In this document: piece after piece, positions 1-12,130 of the stretch | Position numbering within the stretch: the stretch's first letter is position 1 | Layout: each line of letters starts with the position of its first letter | NCBI RefSeq assembly: GCF_006345805.1 | Contig: NC_043014.1 | Location: 28,396,001-28,460,000, forward strand | Direction of reading: 5' to 3' | Source of the DNA: Octopus sinensis | Lineage: Eukaryota | DNA: 64,000 nucleotides | Position numbers and translations under genes: made by a program | Notes under the pieces: generated by a model | What the model saw: only the letters and a program-made list of their open reading frames with translations | Database searches by the model: none | What the model was told of the DNA's origin: nothing

Positions 1-633
1 TTAAAAGTCAAATGTTCAATACTTTTATTATTATCAACTGACTGAGAATATATCATATTTAATGAGTAGCAAAATTACGCCATCTTGTCATAAAAGGAAT
101 TTACTGAATGAGTTAATCGTGTTCCACATCTGGTCACAAAATGACTTCCTTGGATCGGAAATATTCAACATACCCCACATCAAGTCACAAAATCACGTCA
201 ATGAATAAATTAAGCATGTTCTACTGCAGTATACTAAATTATATCATCGGGTAAATTAGATATGTTTTCACTCTGCGTCAACGAGTAAAGTAAATATGCT
301 TTACCTCTGTCACAAAATGATATTAAACCCATTTGCTTTATTTTTAGGACTGATCACAGTTATAGTACCGAGCAATAGAAACGTATCTCCTACTTTATTT
401 TAACTTTAAGACAGCGCCAATTTTATCTTTCCGTGGGTGAATTTGAAACTGATGTTTACTTCGTCCCACTTCTTCAAAACCTATTCTGCTGAAATGCTAA
501 AAGTTCTATAGAATATTTGCTCTAGCAAAAGTTTATGTTGTTTCCAGCTTTGAATGAATCACCGGAATTTATTATGCTACAGTTGCCATAATGAAGATAA
601 GGTTCGGGTTTGAAGAGGTAAACTTTGACCCTA

Positions 634-1002
634 GGCGCAGGCATGGCTATGTGGTAAAAACGCTTGCTCTCCAACCGCGCGGTTCCGAGTTGAGTCCCAC
701 GTCATGGCACCCTGGGTAAGTTTCTACTCTATCTTCGAGTCGACCAAAGCCTTGTGAGTGGATTTAGTAGAAGACATGTTTGCACCTTTGTGTATGTTTT
801 TGACTCTACCCTAAAAATTGACAATCTATGTTGGTTTCTTTACGCTCGCCGTAACTTAGTGTTTCGGTAAAAGAGAGTGATAAAATAAGTATCAAACAAA
901 AAAAAAGAAGAAAAGAGAGTACTGAGGTCGATTTGTTCGTCTAAACCCTTCAAGAATGGCCGCAGTCCAATGACTAAAACAGGTAAAAAAATAAATAAAA
1001 GA
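634..1002 (+). mobile_element. tRNA-derived SINE, family B, diverged near-full copy
   Basis: Starts GGCGCAGGCATGGCTATGTGGTAA (A-box-like) with GGTTCCGAGTTGAGTCC (B-box-like). Shares blocks with copies at 27918 and 46414 (GACCAAAGCCTTGTGAGTGGATTT, GTAACTTAG, GCAGTCCAATGACT, A-rich end). Confidence 0.8.
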
Positions 1003-1384
1003 GATATCCCAACTCAGGGACAATTATATCAATCTTAAATTTAGGCCAAAATATCTATTTCTTGTGTATCAAAATAAGACAAGCTTTCCAAATCAAAGAT
1101 CAGGTTCTAAACCGTCGTGTTACCTTGAAAACATTCATTGAACGGATTAAAAAAAAAAAAAAAAAAAAAACTATTTCTAAATTTTTATTGCTTTCACTTT
1201 AAACCGATTCTGAACTTTTATGTTTTGAACATCAGACATTTAGAACTTCTCAACGTTTGTTGTTTAATGATAACAAGAAATGCTAATTTGAAAAATTCTA
1301 AACAGAAACTGATTAAGTTAAGCAAATTCACAACTGTAATACATTTTCGGTTTTTCGGGTTTGCAGAGGTAAACTTTGACCCTA

Positions 1385-1498
1385 GGCGCAGGCATGGCTA
1401 TGTGGTAAAAACGCTTGCTTTCCAACCACATGGTTCCGAGTTGAGTCCCACAGCATGGCACCCTGGGTAAGTTTCTACTCTATCTTCGAGTCGACCAA
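1385..1498 (+). mobile_element. SINE family B 5' part, duplicate of 634-747
   Basis: Near-identical to 634-747 including ~31 bp of upstream flank, at a constant 751-bp offset. Confidence 0.8.
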
Positions 1499-1699
1499 TG
1501 CCTGTCGACCATATGCATTTCGTTAGCATTAAAAGAGTTAGGGAGGTGTTAAAAAATACACTCTTATATGAATGTCAAAACAAAGACCAACAAATTGAAG
1601 CGCCAATCATATACTGGAATAGATTAAATTGATTACAACTCTTCTTGAAGACATGAAACATTTTACCAATGTTCATTATTATTGCTATAAGTTTACATT

Positions 1700-2050
1700 A
1701 TGAGTTCAAATTCCACTGAGGTCGACTTTGTCTTCCATCCTTTCAGGGTCGATGCAATAAGTAGCAGTTGAGCGATGGGGTCGATATAATCAACTTATCT
1801 CTATCTCTAGAAATTGCTGGTCTTGAGTCAATTATTGATGCTATAAGGGTGGTGAATTGGCAGAATCGTTAGACCGTGGGAAAAAATGACTTGTATTTTC
1901 CTCTGGCTTTTTTTGCATTCTGAATTCAAATCCCACTGTGTTTAAATTTGCTCTTCACCCTTCCAAGCTCGATAAGTAAAGTACCAGTCAACTACTGGGG
2001 TCGATATAATCGACTACTTCCTCACAAAATTTCTGCTTTGTGCCAAATAT
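1700..2050 (+). mobile_element. Two adjacent diverged SINE family A copies or fragments
   Basis: GAGTTCAAATTCC...GAGGTCGACTTTG..TTCCATCCTTTC.GGGTCGAT at ~1702-1790 and again at ~1855-2015; reverse complement of the family seen at 11138 and 11915. Confidence 0.7.
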
Positions 2051-2848
2051 CAGAAACTATAATCATCATTGATTCTATTATTTGAGTGTAGATGATAGAA
2101 GAAACGCCTGAGTGTCGAATCAAAGACACTGTACAATCCAGCTATAGAACTCTATTCAAACCTTGCAATAGCTAACTTTGTGTCTCTTCTCCAAGGCCAG
2201 AAAAATAAATGCAAGTAAGATACTTTGGTCTTTTACCATTGTGATAAACCATTATCATTTGGCGGCGTGAATAACAATCAATAGAGCAATACGTCCAACA
2301 TGCAGAGAATTCAGTCTTTGTATTCCGTAATCGATACTCTGTGTTGCCTGGAACCAACTATCATCAACAATATTGTTCAAAATAGATACACAGATGACAA
2401 TATTCCCTACTCTAGATGACAACAGCAGGGTGGAATTGACAAGTAATACGAAGAAAAGTTATCTGTGATAGACCGCTATTCTAACCAAGTAATACTTAAA
2501 TCTCTCCTCGAGCTATAGAAATAGTAGAAATGTCTCGAATCGCTAAGTCTTTGTGAAAGGATTAGCTGTTGTTGGCAAAGATTACTTCTGATTTAAAAGT
2601 CCAAAAGCAGGTTGCAGTTAAGATAAGTAAACGTCGAAATCATAGACACTCGGTTACTAAACCAAAATACTCCCGCTGCCTCCTTTCCTCCCTCTTTCTC
2701 TTCCAGATCTTTCTGGGTTTACAACTAAACTTGTCTATAAGATATAATTGAATGAGGAAGAAAATTATATTATTACATAAATCCTATTTATTGCACATAA
2801 ATGCATATGCACTTGGGCGAATATTTATGTATGCACCCATTCATGTAT

Positions 2849-2896
<48 letters not shown>

Positions 2897-2904
2897 ATAT
2901 GTAT

Positions 2905-4500
2905 GTATGTATATGAACTCCCTAAAATCCATAAATCCAAACAGATCAAGAACAGCTTAAAAGACTCATATACTCCAGATATAAAGATTCTCAAATTGCG
3001 CCCGATTGTTGCAGGACCTGCATCCAACATCCAAAGAGGAAGCAACTTGCTGGACATAATTTTAAAACCTTTATGTAGATTAGTTCCTAGTTTCATCACA
3101 GATGATATGGATTTCTTAAACCATGTCCTAGAACGGATAGATAAAGAGATAGTACTAGTTAGCTTTGAGGTAACTAGTCTCTATACAAATATCCCCCATA
3201 TATATGGACTAGAAGCAGTAGAATTCTGGATGAACAAACACCCACAAAGAATTCAGGAGAGATTCTCAAAAGAATTTATACTTCTCTGTTTACAGATAGT
3301 ACTGAAAAACAACTACTTCTTTGATAATTAATGCTATCTACAAATACAAGGCACTGCGATTGGGACGAAAGTCGCACCAAGATTTTCCACACTAGTAATG
3401 GGATACTTAGAAGAAAAAATCTGAACCCCCATCCAGAACTACTTTTGACGACCACTTCCAAACCTACCTTATCGGAAATTGGAAAAGTTTCTTAGAACCG
3501 AAATAAAGAGGCCCTTACAATTTTGTTTTTAAATTAATAAATAACATTCATGTATCAATCCAATTCACTATGGAAATGAATGAAAAGGAACTCTCCTTTC
3601 TGGACATCCTGATAATTAAAGAAAATGAGACGGTTGCAACTGACCTCTATTACAACAACATATTTAGCCTTTAGATCTTGCCACCCTTCCTATACAAAAA
3701 GGAACATACCATTTAGTATGGCAAGGCGCATATGCTCAATAGTCTCAGATACTGTTAGATAAAAGAAACAACCGGTAAAACTTAATATATACCTTCAGAA
3801 ACCAAAATATCCCAACAAATTAATTCAACATGTCATAACGAAAGCAAAGGAAATCTCAATCTCTACCGTATGGAGAAACACTCAGACTGGGTGCGAAAAT
3901 AAAAATTCAAATACAAATATTCCGTTTGTAGTCACCCACAATCTTAGAAAACACAACATCCTGCACTCAGCCAAATGATACCTCCCAATTCTACGTCAAT
4001 CACCAAATCTCCAACGAATAAATTTTAAAAATCACAAATTATCAACAGTCCTAACAGAGACTCCTAACAAAGGCGAGATTCACATTTGAAAAAAAAAATA
4101 AAACGGTGCAAGTAACCAACTGTGGAGATCCCCGTTGTGGGAAATGCGAATTAATTGAGCAAGGGACAACCAAAAGACTCAAGAATGGGAAGGAATCAAA
4201 AGTGAATGCAAGCCTGAATTGCAAACCAGTATGTCCACAATGCAATGAAAAGTACATTGGGGAGACAGAAATGAAACTCAGCAGCCGTGTAAATGTGCAT
4301 AAACAACAAATTAGGAATTTATCTCTTAGGAATATCCCATGCAGTGAACATCTTGTTATCTGTAGAAATGTAAAATTTAAAATATTCCCATTTGAGAAAA
4401 TAAACGATGAAAATGTAAAATTAGAACGACAAAAAAAAAAAGAGTAATTTATAAGAATTCTAAATCCGAAATTAAACCGAAAATAACCGACATTCCATAT
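2905..4500 (+). mobile_element. Penelope-like retroelement relic (RT + GIY-YIG endonuclease), with stops and frameshifts
   Basis: Translations LPKIHK...LRPIVAGPAS, VSFEVTSLYTNIPH, YLQIQGTAIGTKVAP, LSFLDILI, HPSYTKRNIPFSMARRICSIVS, then CPQCNEKYIGETEMKLSSRVNVHK (GIY-YIG-type). These motifs and this domain order are typical of PLEs. Confidence 0.9.
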
Positions 4501-5143
4501 AATAAACAATGGCAAAAGAATATTTATGACCAAAACCTAAAGTCCGAAAATAAATCGGAAATAATACTGCCACTACCACAAAACCAAAAACTTCCTCTTT
4601 AAGAGCATATATGTTTGAAAAGGTTTAACGAAAGCGTTCACACACTAGAAAAAAACGTCTTCCCCAAAAGGTTAGCAACATCCTCATTTTCATAACATTC
4701 TTTTAAAAAGAAAAGATTTTTTTTAGAAAAATCACCTTTACATTTCAAAAACTGTATTAAGTAATCCTCATAGACTTTCAAATATATATATATATATTAT
4801 ATATATATATATATAATATATATATACGCACGCTCGCACGCACATACACACGCACGCTCGTACTCACGTTCGCGCGCATGCACACACACACGCATACACA
4901 CGCATACACACGCATACACACACATACACGCACGCACGTATGTATACGTGCATGTATGTATGTATGTATGTATGTATGTATGTATTGACATTTGTTTTTA
5001 CATTGCAATAAAATGAAGAGTTTTGTAGAGTACATAAATGTTAAACTTTTGTAAGATTGGTGACAGTGGCTTTGAAGTTTCGACGGACGAAATATGCTGA
5101 AATTCCGAATTGTATTTAGCTACTTTTTTGGTAAACATATTGC

Positions 5144-5146
<3 letters not shown>

Positions 5147-5212
<66 letters not shown>
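5147..5212. repeat. (TG)n microsatellite
   Basis: Uninterrupted TG run. Confidence 0.95.
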
Positions 5213-5213
<1 letters not shown>

Positions 5214-6633
5214 ACCTGCGAGCGTATATATATATCGTTTAAATTCGCTTATTGGTAACGTTAAGGGATAGAGTGGCCAAAGATCAATTCAGGCAGCCTT
5301 TTAGCGCATATCGTGCCGACTAGGCAACTCCTACTTAACAGCAAATAGAGAGATGAGTTTATCATGTGTGTACTCAATATCGAAAACAATAACATCATGA
5401 GATTAGACGAAGAGTTCCCGAGAATGTACTCTAAGTGTACGGCTGTTCCATATGAACCAAAAGTGCTGGGACTCATATTCAAACAAACACTTGGAAGAGA
5501 AATATTCATCATACCAGCTGAAAGTTATGCGTGAGTGCCTATCTCATAAACTAGATACGAATAATATCTAACCAAGAACAGTGCATATCCCGTAACCTTG
5601 ACAAAAATAGTATCATCTCTTGGACCTACAATAAATACATCATGTCTCATCTACTTGGCTGCGCCTTTGCTATCCAAAATTACTGGAGATAACTACTAAA
5701 TACCTGATGAACAAGAGAGATAAGAATACCTCTAGATCTCCACGTCGTGATAAACAAATATCAATTTTGCAATACCACTGTGGAAAGTATCGCTCAAATC
5801 ATCATCAGCTGCCTCAAAATATAGACAAGTTACTACCTTTCCTTGAGACATGACATTGTTGCTTCAGCCGTCTTGTCACTCGCAGGAAGGTTTGTTCTGG
5901 TACTCATGTCAAAAACCTAGAGAAACCAATTGTTCTGATACTCACCAAAGACATATCTGAATCAGAGTGTAGCAACGTCTTTAAAAATAAAGGATCATTC
6001 CCCCCAAAAAAACAAACTCCAGTCCCCCCCCCAGTTACCCAGTGCAATTAGCACAGGTTACATATAGTTCTTTGGAAGTTGAGCAAAAGTCAAGCACTAT
6101 TGTAAAGATCAGCTCGGCGGATGTGAATGTCTCGTAAAAATTTGGGGATACAATCGGTTAGAAGTGGAGTGAAAATTTGTAAAGCATTCCAGGGGTTACT
6201 CACTTTAGGTTTCTGGGTTGAACAGATGTATACAATTAGATATACATATGGCATGCACACACGCTCACGGAAGCTGTAAGGAAGAACACACACACGTGTT
6301 GTAAAGTGACAAGCACACTCACTACGTACAAGTTTACCCACATGCATATACATATGCACTACTTCAGATAACCATAAATCCCAATAGCTATTTTGGCTCA
6401 ACAAAAATGTTTGTCATTGTTAGTGCCCGGCCTGAGTTCTGCACAGGAATAAATTGCAAAAAAATAACATAAATCTATGCAGAAGGTTTAATAAGTAGAA
6501 AAGTGGAGAAAAGCATGGTGGAAAATGTGTAAAAAAAAAAATTAAAAGAAAATATAGTGGGGAAGAACTAGATAGATTGATAGAAACACAACAGTTAGGG
6601 AAAAAGATAGGTATGTATGTATGTAAGTAGGGT

Positions 6634-6842
<209 letters not shown>

Positions 6843-7119
6843 GAGAGAGTACAGAGAGCAATATGACGATCAGAAGAAGTATGAGATAGAAGATAATAGA
6901 AAGGAGAAAATTAGAAGGAAAAAAAAGAGAGAGGGGACAGAACGGAAGAAAGAAAGGTGGAAAGAAAAAAAGGATGATAAGGAAATTACTGATATTATGT
7001 AAGAGCTAAAGAGCTCTATAAACAACATCCATTGGAGAAGAACGAAATTTTGTTGGAGTTCCGTTTAAATGAAATTCTGGCCAGATAGAATAGAGATCGA
7101 TCAAGAAAAACAACAACAG

Positions 7120-7172
<53 letters not shown>

Positions 7173-7362
7173 GAATTGGATGTAACTACGAATACATAAA
7201 TCATGATAATTAAAGAGAATATATTGTTGCATAAAATGTTCTTGAAAAAGATGGCATACATGCTGTAGGAAATAGGAAAGAAAGAAGTTCAGAGATGACA
7301 GATTCCCAAAGATTCTTAATGTTACTTTTCCCCGAACATCTCTCTCTCTCTCTTTCTCTCTT

Positions 7363-7409
<47 letters not shown>

Positions 7410-7662
7410 CCTCTCTCTCTTTCTTTCTCTTTCACTTCCCTCTTTATATTTCTAATAATTTTTTCGGTTTTGAATTATTGTTGCTTTGCCTTCTTTACCA
7501 TTTGCACATTCAAAAAGGCTCCTTTAGCTAGTCTAACCTTCATTGTTATCAAAATAGCTAGCAGGCAAGTTAACAGTTTATTCATGATACATATTCAGTG
7601 ACCGAATGCATGTGGATTTGAGGATACTGAGTTCGTATTACACCACTAGCGCTAGGCAATTT

Positions 7663-7902
7663 TCTTCTTCTTCTTCTTCTTCTTCTTCTTCTTCTTCTTC
7701 TTCTTCTTCTTCTTCTTCTTCTTCTTCTTCTTCTCTTCTCTCTCTCCTCCTCCTCCTCCTCCCCCTTCTTCTTACTATTCTTCTTCTTCTTCTTCTTCTT
7801 CTTCTTCTTCTTCTCCTCCCCTTCTTCTCCCCTCCTCCCCATTCTCCTTCTTCTTCTTCTTCTTCTTCTTCTTCTTCTTCTTCTTCTTCTTCTTTCCTTC
7901 TT
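7663..7902. repeat. (CTT)n/(CCT)n polypyrimidine tract
   Basis: Directly visible, ~240 bp of almost only C/T. Confidence 0.95.
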
Positions 7903-8486
7903 CTTCAACTTGAACTTGCACAATTATGTCGGAAGTCAAGCATTCGGATTCTTCCATTCTTGTAGGCCAATTCCATTGGTTTTTACTATATATCCAAGTT
8001 TATGGTTTGATAGATTGGACTGTACATTGAGTTACAAAACATATTCTGTAAATGATTGCATCACTCTTCCCGGTAATTGAGTAATATAACATTTATACGG
8101 CGACATCGCATATAGAACAAAGAAACATTCTGACACCAGACAATAAACGATTAAGTCAAGCTTTTGTATATTTATGAGTGACTTATTTGACTTACATCCC
8201 AAATTTTATTTAATTTGCTTCGCGGGAAGGACTGCTTCAACGAGTAGATGAAACAGGGACAACTGAAGAAGGGGAATATTCTTTATGTTGCATGTCTCGT
8301 TTCGCTGTTTGTTACAAAAAAGTTCGTCTCTATGTTTTGTTTTTATGTTTTCGTTTCTGGTTGTGTTCAACGTTTTTTTGATGTTTTGTACTCATATATG
8401 CATGTATATATACATATATATGTAGGTATGTACATATATGTATGTATATATGCATATATTTATATATTATTCATATTATATTATAT

Positions 8487-8519
<33 letters not shown>

Positions 8520-8982
8520 TTGTGTATACTCATACATATGGAGCACAAATACGAGCATAAATAGACACAAATATGAAGCTATGTAATCTCTTAACTCGAC
8601 AACTGTTTCAAGGAGCTCAGAGTTATGTAATATTCATGTTAGTCTTAGTTTGCGAATTAAATATGCAAAAACGTCTTGGGTATGCAAACGTAACCAGTCA
8701 CATAGTGATATTGCAATAAGTTCAGCTTCTCTCATCATGAAAAGATTGACAAAAGCGGTTCATATTGTAGCTCTAGCAGATTTAAACGGCTGAAGGAAGA
8801 GGGGAGTAAGAGCAGGAACGAAATGTAGGGAGGGGGAAGAGAAATTTTACAGCGAAGGAAGGAACTGAGGTAGAATAGAACTAACAGACAGAGAGGAGAA
8901 AAAATAATCTGGTGAAAGCAAGAGTCCCTGGTAATCTACGCAGACAATAAATCAGGGAGAGATGGTAGCTGACCAGACAAAG

Positions 8983-9029
<47 letters not shown>

Positions 9030-9379
9030 CGAGAGAGAGAGAGAAGGGGGCGGGAAAGAGTGAAGAGAGAAGAGGAAGAGAGAGAAGGAGAGAGAGAGAG
9101 ATAAGTAATGATGGACAGAAGTAGGGTTGTGAGTGCGTGTATGAAATGAGGTAACTATTTCCGTTTGTCTCTCTGGGATTCTACGTATCACAGTTTACAA
9201 CTGGTGTTTCAAGTTCTCGTGACTTACCAGTTGGGGAAAATAAAAAATCAGATGCATTATCGTCAATTTGATCGATTAGAACCGTTCAAAGCAACACTTA
9301 AGAAAACTTGCAGTACAACGACTGAAGCCAGTAAAGGGAGTAAAATTATGTAATATATTTATGTGAATATCTATGAATG

Positions 9380-9558
9380 TTTGTATGTATGTATGTATGT
9401 ATGTATGTATGTATGTATGTATGTATGTATGTATGTATGCATGTATGTATGTATGTATGCATGTATGTATATGTATGTATGTATGCATGTATGTATGCGT
9501 GTATGTATGTTATATATATATATATATGTATATATAAATGTTATATATATATATGTAT

Positions 9559-9622
<64 letters not shown>

Positions 9623-9630
9623 ACATGTAT
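9380..9630. repeat. (TATG)n grading into (TA)n
   Basis: Directly visible. Confidence 0.9.
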
Positions 9631-9642
9631 TTAGGTATGAGT

Positions 9643-9852
9643 ATATTATTTAATAAACACAATAGATGTTTTTGTGTGCTACTATTTGTTTCATGTGCTG
9701 AGAGCATTCCAGACAGTAATTTTAGCACGACTGGTATCCTAGCACAATCATCAGGCACTGCCTATACGGCATAATGAACTGTTTGGCATGCTCTCAGCAC
9801 ATGAATCTAATAGTAGCACATAAGAACACATACTGTGTTTATTAAATAATAT
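9643..9852. mobile_element. MITE-like foldback element with 75-bp terminal inverted repeats
   Basis: 9643-9717 is the reverse complement of 9778-9852 (about 66/75 matches by eye), with a 60-bp spacer. Confidence 0.6.
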
Positions 9853-9912
9853 TTATCTTTGACCAGATGTAATACTTTTGTTGTTGATATTCCCATCACG
9901 GAACTGTACACT

Positions 9913-10146
9913 ATGTATGTATGTATGTATGTATGTATGTATGTATGTATGTATGTATGTATGTATGTATGTATGCATGCATGCATGCATGCATGCATGC
10001 ATGCATGCATGCATGTATGTATGTATGTATGTATGTATGTATGTATGCATGTATGTATGCATGCATGTATGTATGTATGTATGTATGTATGTATGTATGT
10101 ATGTATGTATGTATGTATGCATGTATGTATGTACTTATGCATGTAT
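9913..10146. repeat. (TATG)n with internal (CATG)n block
   Basis: Directly visible. Confidence 0.9.
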
Positions 10147-10624
10147 ATATCTAATATAATAAATGCGAAATCAATGACACTTTTCCTGTTGATGATGTTT
10201 TATTAAAAGTAGTAGTTGATGGTAGCAGTGGGAGTAATAATAAGAGAAAGAGAAAGAGTGGGTATGTGAGAGAAAGAGGGACTGAACTCTGAATCAATTT
10301 TCTTAGTACCACCACCATCGCTACTACATCTGCCATACACACGCACCATTCAGACTTCTGACGCCACAACAATGAATACCTTTGACTTCGCCGCCTTCCC
10401 CTCTACCACCATCATCACTATCTTTCACATCGCTTACTCTTACCGTCATCCCTGACCGTCTCAGCTACCACCACCACCACCACCACCACCACCACCACCA
10501 TCACATCATCATCATCACCGCCGCCTCCGCCTCATCACAACTACAGTTCATACTATTACTATCACCTCATTACCAGCACATACACACATACATACATATA
10601 TACATACATACATACATACATACA

Positions 10625-10659
<35 letters not shown>

Positions 10660-10660
10660 T

Positions 10661-10790
10661 GAGATTCCGTATACCAAATCCACTCACAAGGCTTTGGTTG
10701 ACCCGAGGCTAAAGTATAAGACACTCGCCCAAAATGCAATACAATAGGATTGAACCGGGAATCATGTACTTAGGAAGCAAGTTTCTTACC
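10661..10790 (-). mobile_element. SINE family B 5' fragment
   Basis: ACCAAATCCACTCACAAGGCTTTGGTTGACCCGAGGCT...GACACT.GCCCAA is the reverse complement of the family B head. Confidence 0.7.
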
Positions 10791-11137
10791 GGAAAGCCTC
10801 GCTTGTTTCATGTCGTGCGTTTTTTTTTAAATGCTTGCATATATATAATTTTTTTGTAATGCAGATTATGCGGAATATTATAATGAAACGCTGAAAAGTA
10901 GTGACTTTAATGAAGAGAAATAATCTCTTCCGAAAATCTAAATAATAGAAGCTAATTTTACTTTACTCCAAATCAATAGTGAAATCAAAATGAATATACA
11001 GAATTAAAAACCGATACTAATAACACTAAACTTACAACCATTAAGGATCATAATGCCGACAGAATTATAGTAAGTAGACATAAAGATAATGATAGATCAT
11101 ATGCCCCAGTAGTGATCAAAAGAGAGTGGCTAATATA

Positions 11138-11372
11138 TATTTCTTTACTACCCACAAGGAGCTAAACACAGAGGGGACAAACAAGGACAGACAAACGGAT
11201 TAAGTCTATTATATCGACCCCAGTGCGTAACTGGTACTTAATTTATCGACCCCGAAAGGATGAAAGGCAAAGTCGACCTCGGCGGACTTTGAACTCGGAA
11301 CGTAACGACAGATGAAATACGGCTACGTATTTCGCCCGGCGCGCTAACGTTTCTGCCAGCTCGCCGCCTATA
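11138..11372 (-). mobile_element. Full-length tRNA-derived SINE family A (tail type 2) with 15-bp TSD
   Basis: Minus strand begins GGCGGCGAGCTGGCAGAAACGTT (A box) and has GAGTTCAAAGTCC (B box). Central GAGGTCGACTTTGCCTTTCATCCTTTCGGGGTCGAT resembles, from memory, the Deu/Nin SINE domain. TSD AGAGTGGCTAATATA at 11123-11137 and 11373-11387. Confidence 0.9.
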
Positions 11373-11914
11373 AGAGTGGCTAATATAGTCGTAAGTACAC
11401 CTAAGAGACAAACACCAGCAGTTCAAGCAGCTATAACTATTAGTAATAGGGATTCAAAAGCTGATCTTAACATAAAACCCAAGTATAAACTAATCGATAG
11501 CAGTAGTGCTATGGCTGTATTCAGTAGAAAAAGAACCTTAATACATTACACGTGTATAGCAATAAGAAACGGGGTGGTAATAATAATTTTAAAAATTAGG
11601 TTACAAGGATAGCTCCTGGTGAAAATTCTTCTAAAGCTAGTACCTATAACCGTGACGTATCTACACTTAAGGATTGCTACAATACAAAACATATTCAGCA
11701 AAGAATAGCTTGAAAAAGAAACATAACTTGGTGTAACGCTCCTAACCCTAAGAACGTAACATTTTCTGGAATAAACTTATGAAAACAATTTCACCTTAGA
11801 ATAAATACCATAACATCTGTGTAATTCTCGTTCTCAACAACACCTTATCTAGCTGATAACATTAATTACTCCACTATCCCTAATATAACAAGTAGGAAGT
11901 GTTTAAACCTAATT

Positions 11915-12130
11915 CTTTTCTACTCTAGGCACAAGGCCCGAAATTTTTGGGGAGGGGGCCAGTCGATTAGATCGACCCCAGTACGCAGCTGGTACTTCAT
12001 TTATCGGTCCCGAAAGGATGAAAGGCAAAGTCGACCTTGGCGGAATTTGAACTCAGAACGTAGCGGCAGACGAAATACCGCTATGCATTTCGTCCGGCGT
12101 GCTAACGATTCTGTCAGCTAGCCGCCCTGA
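11915..12130 (-). mobile_element. Full-length SINE family A (tail type 1) with 14-bp TSD
   Basis: Same head and core as 11138 but 3' tail CGGGCCTTGTGCCTAGAGTAGAAAAGA. TSD GTTTAAACCTAATT (11901-11914) / GTTTAACCCTAATT (12131-12144), one mismatch. Confidence 0.9.

Noticed and set aside
5070-5112. Minus-strand CGAAACTTC suggesting another hammerhead
   Set aside because: No CUGANGA box or stem I could be placed.
11284-11368. tRNA genes at A/B-box motifs
   Set aside because: No cloverleaf, and each is followed by a SINE body and tail; they are SINE heads.
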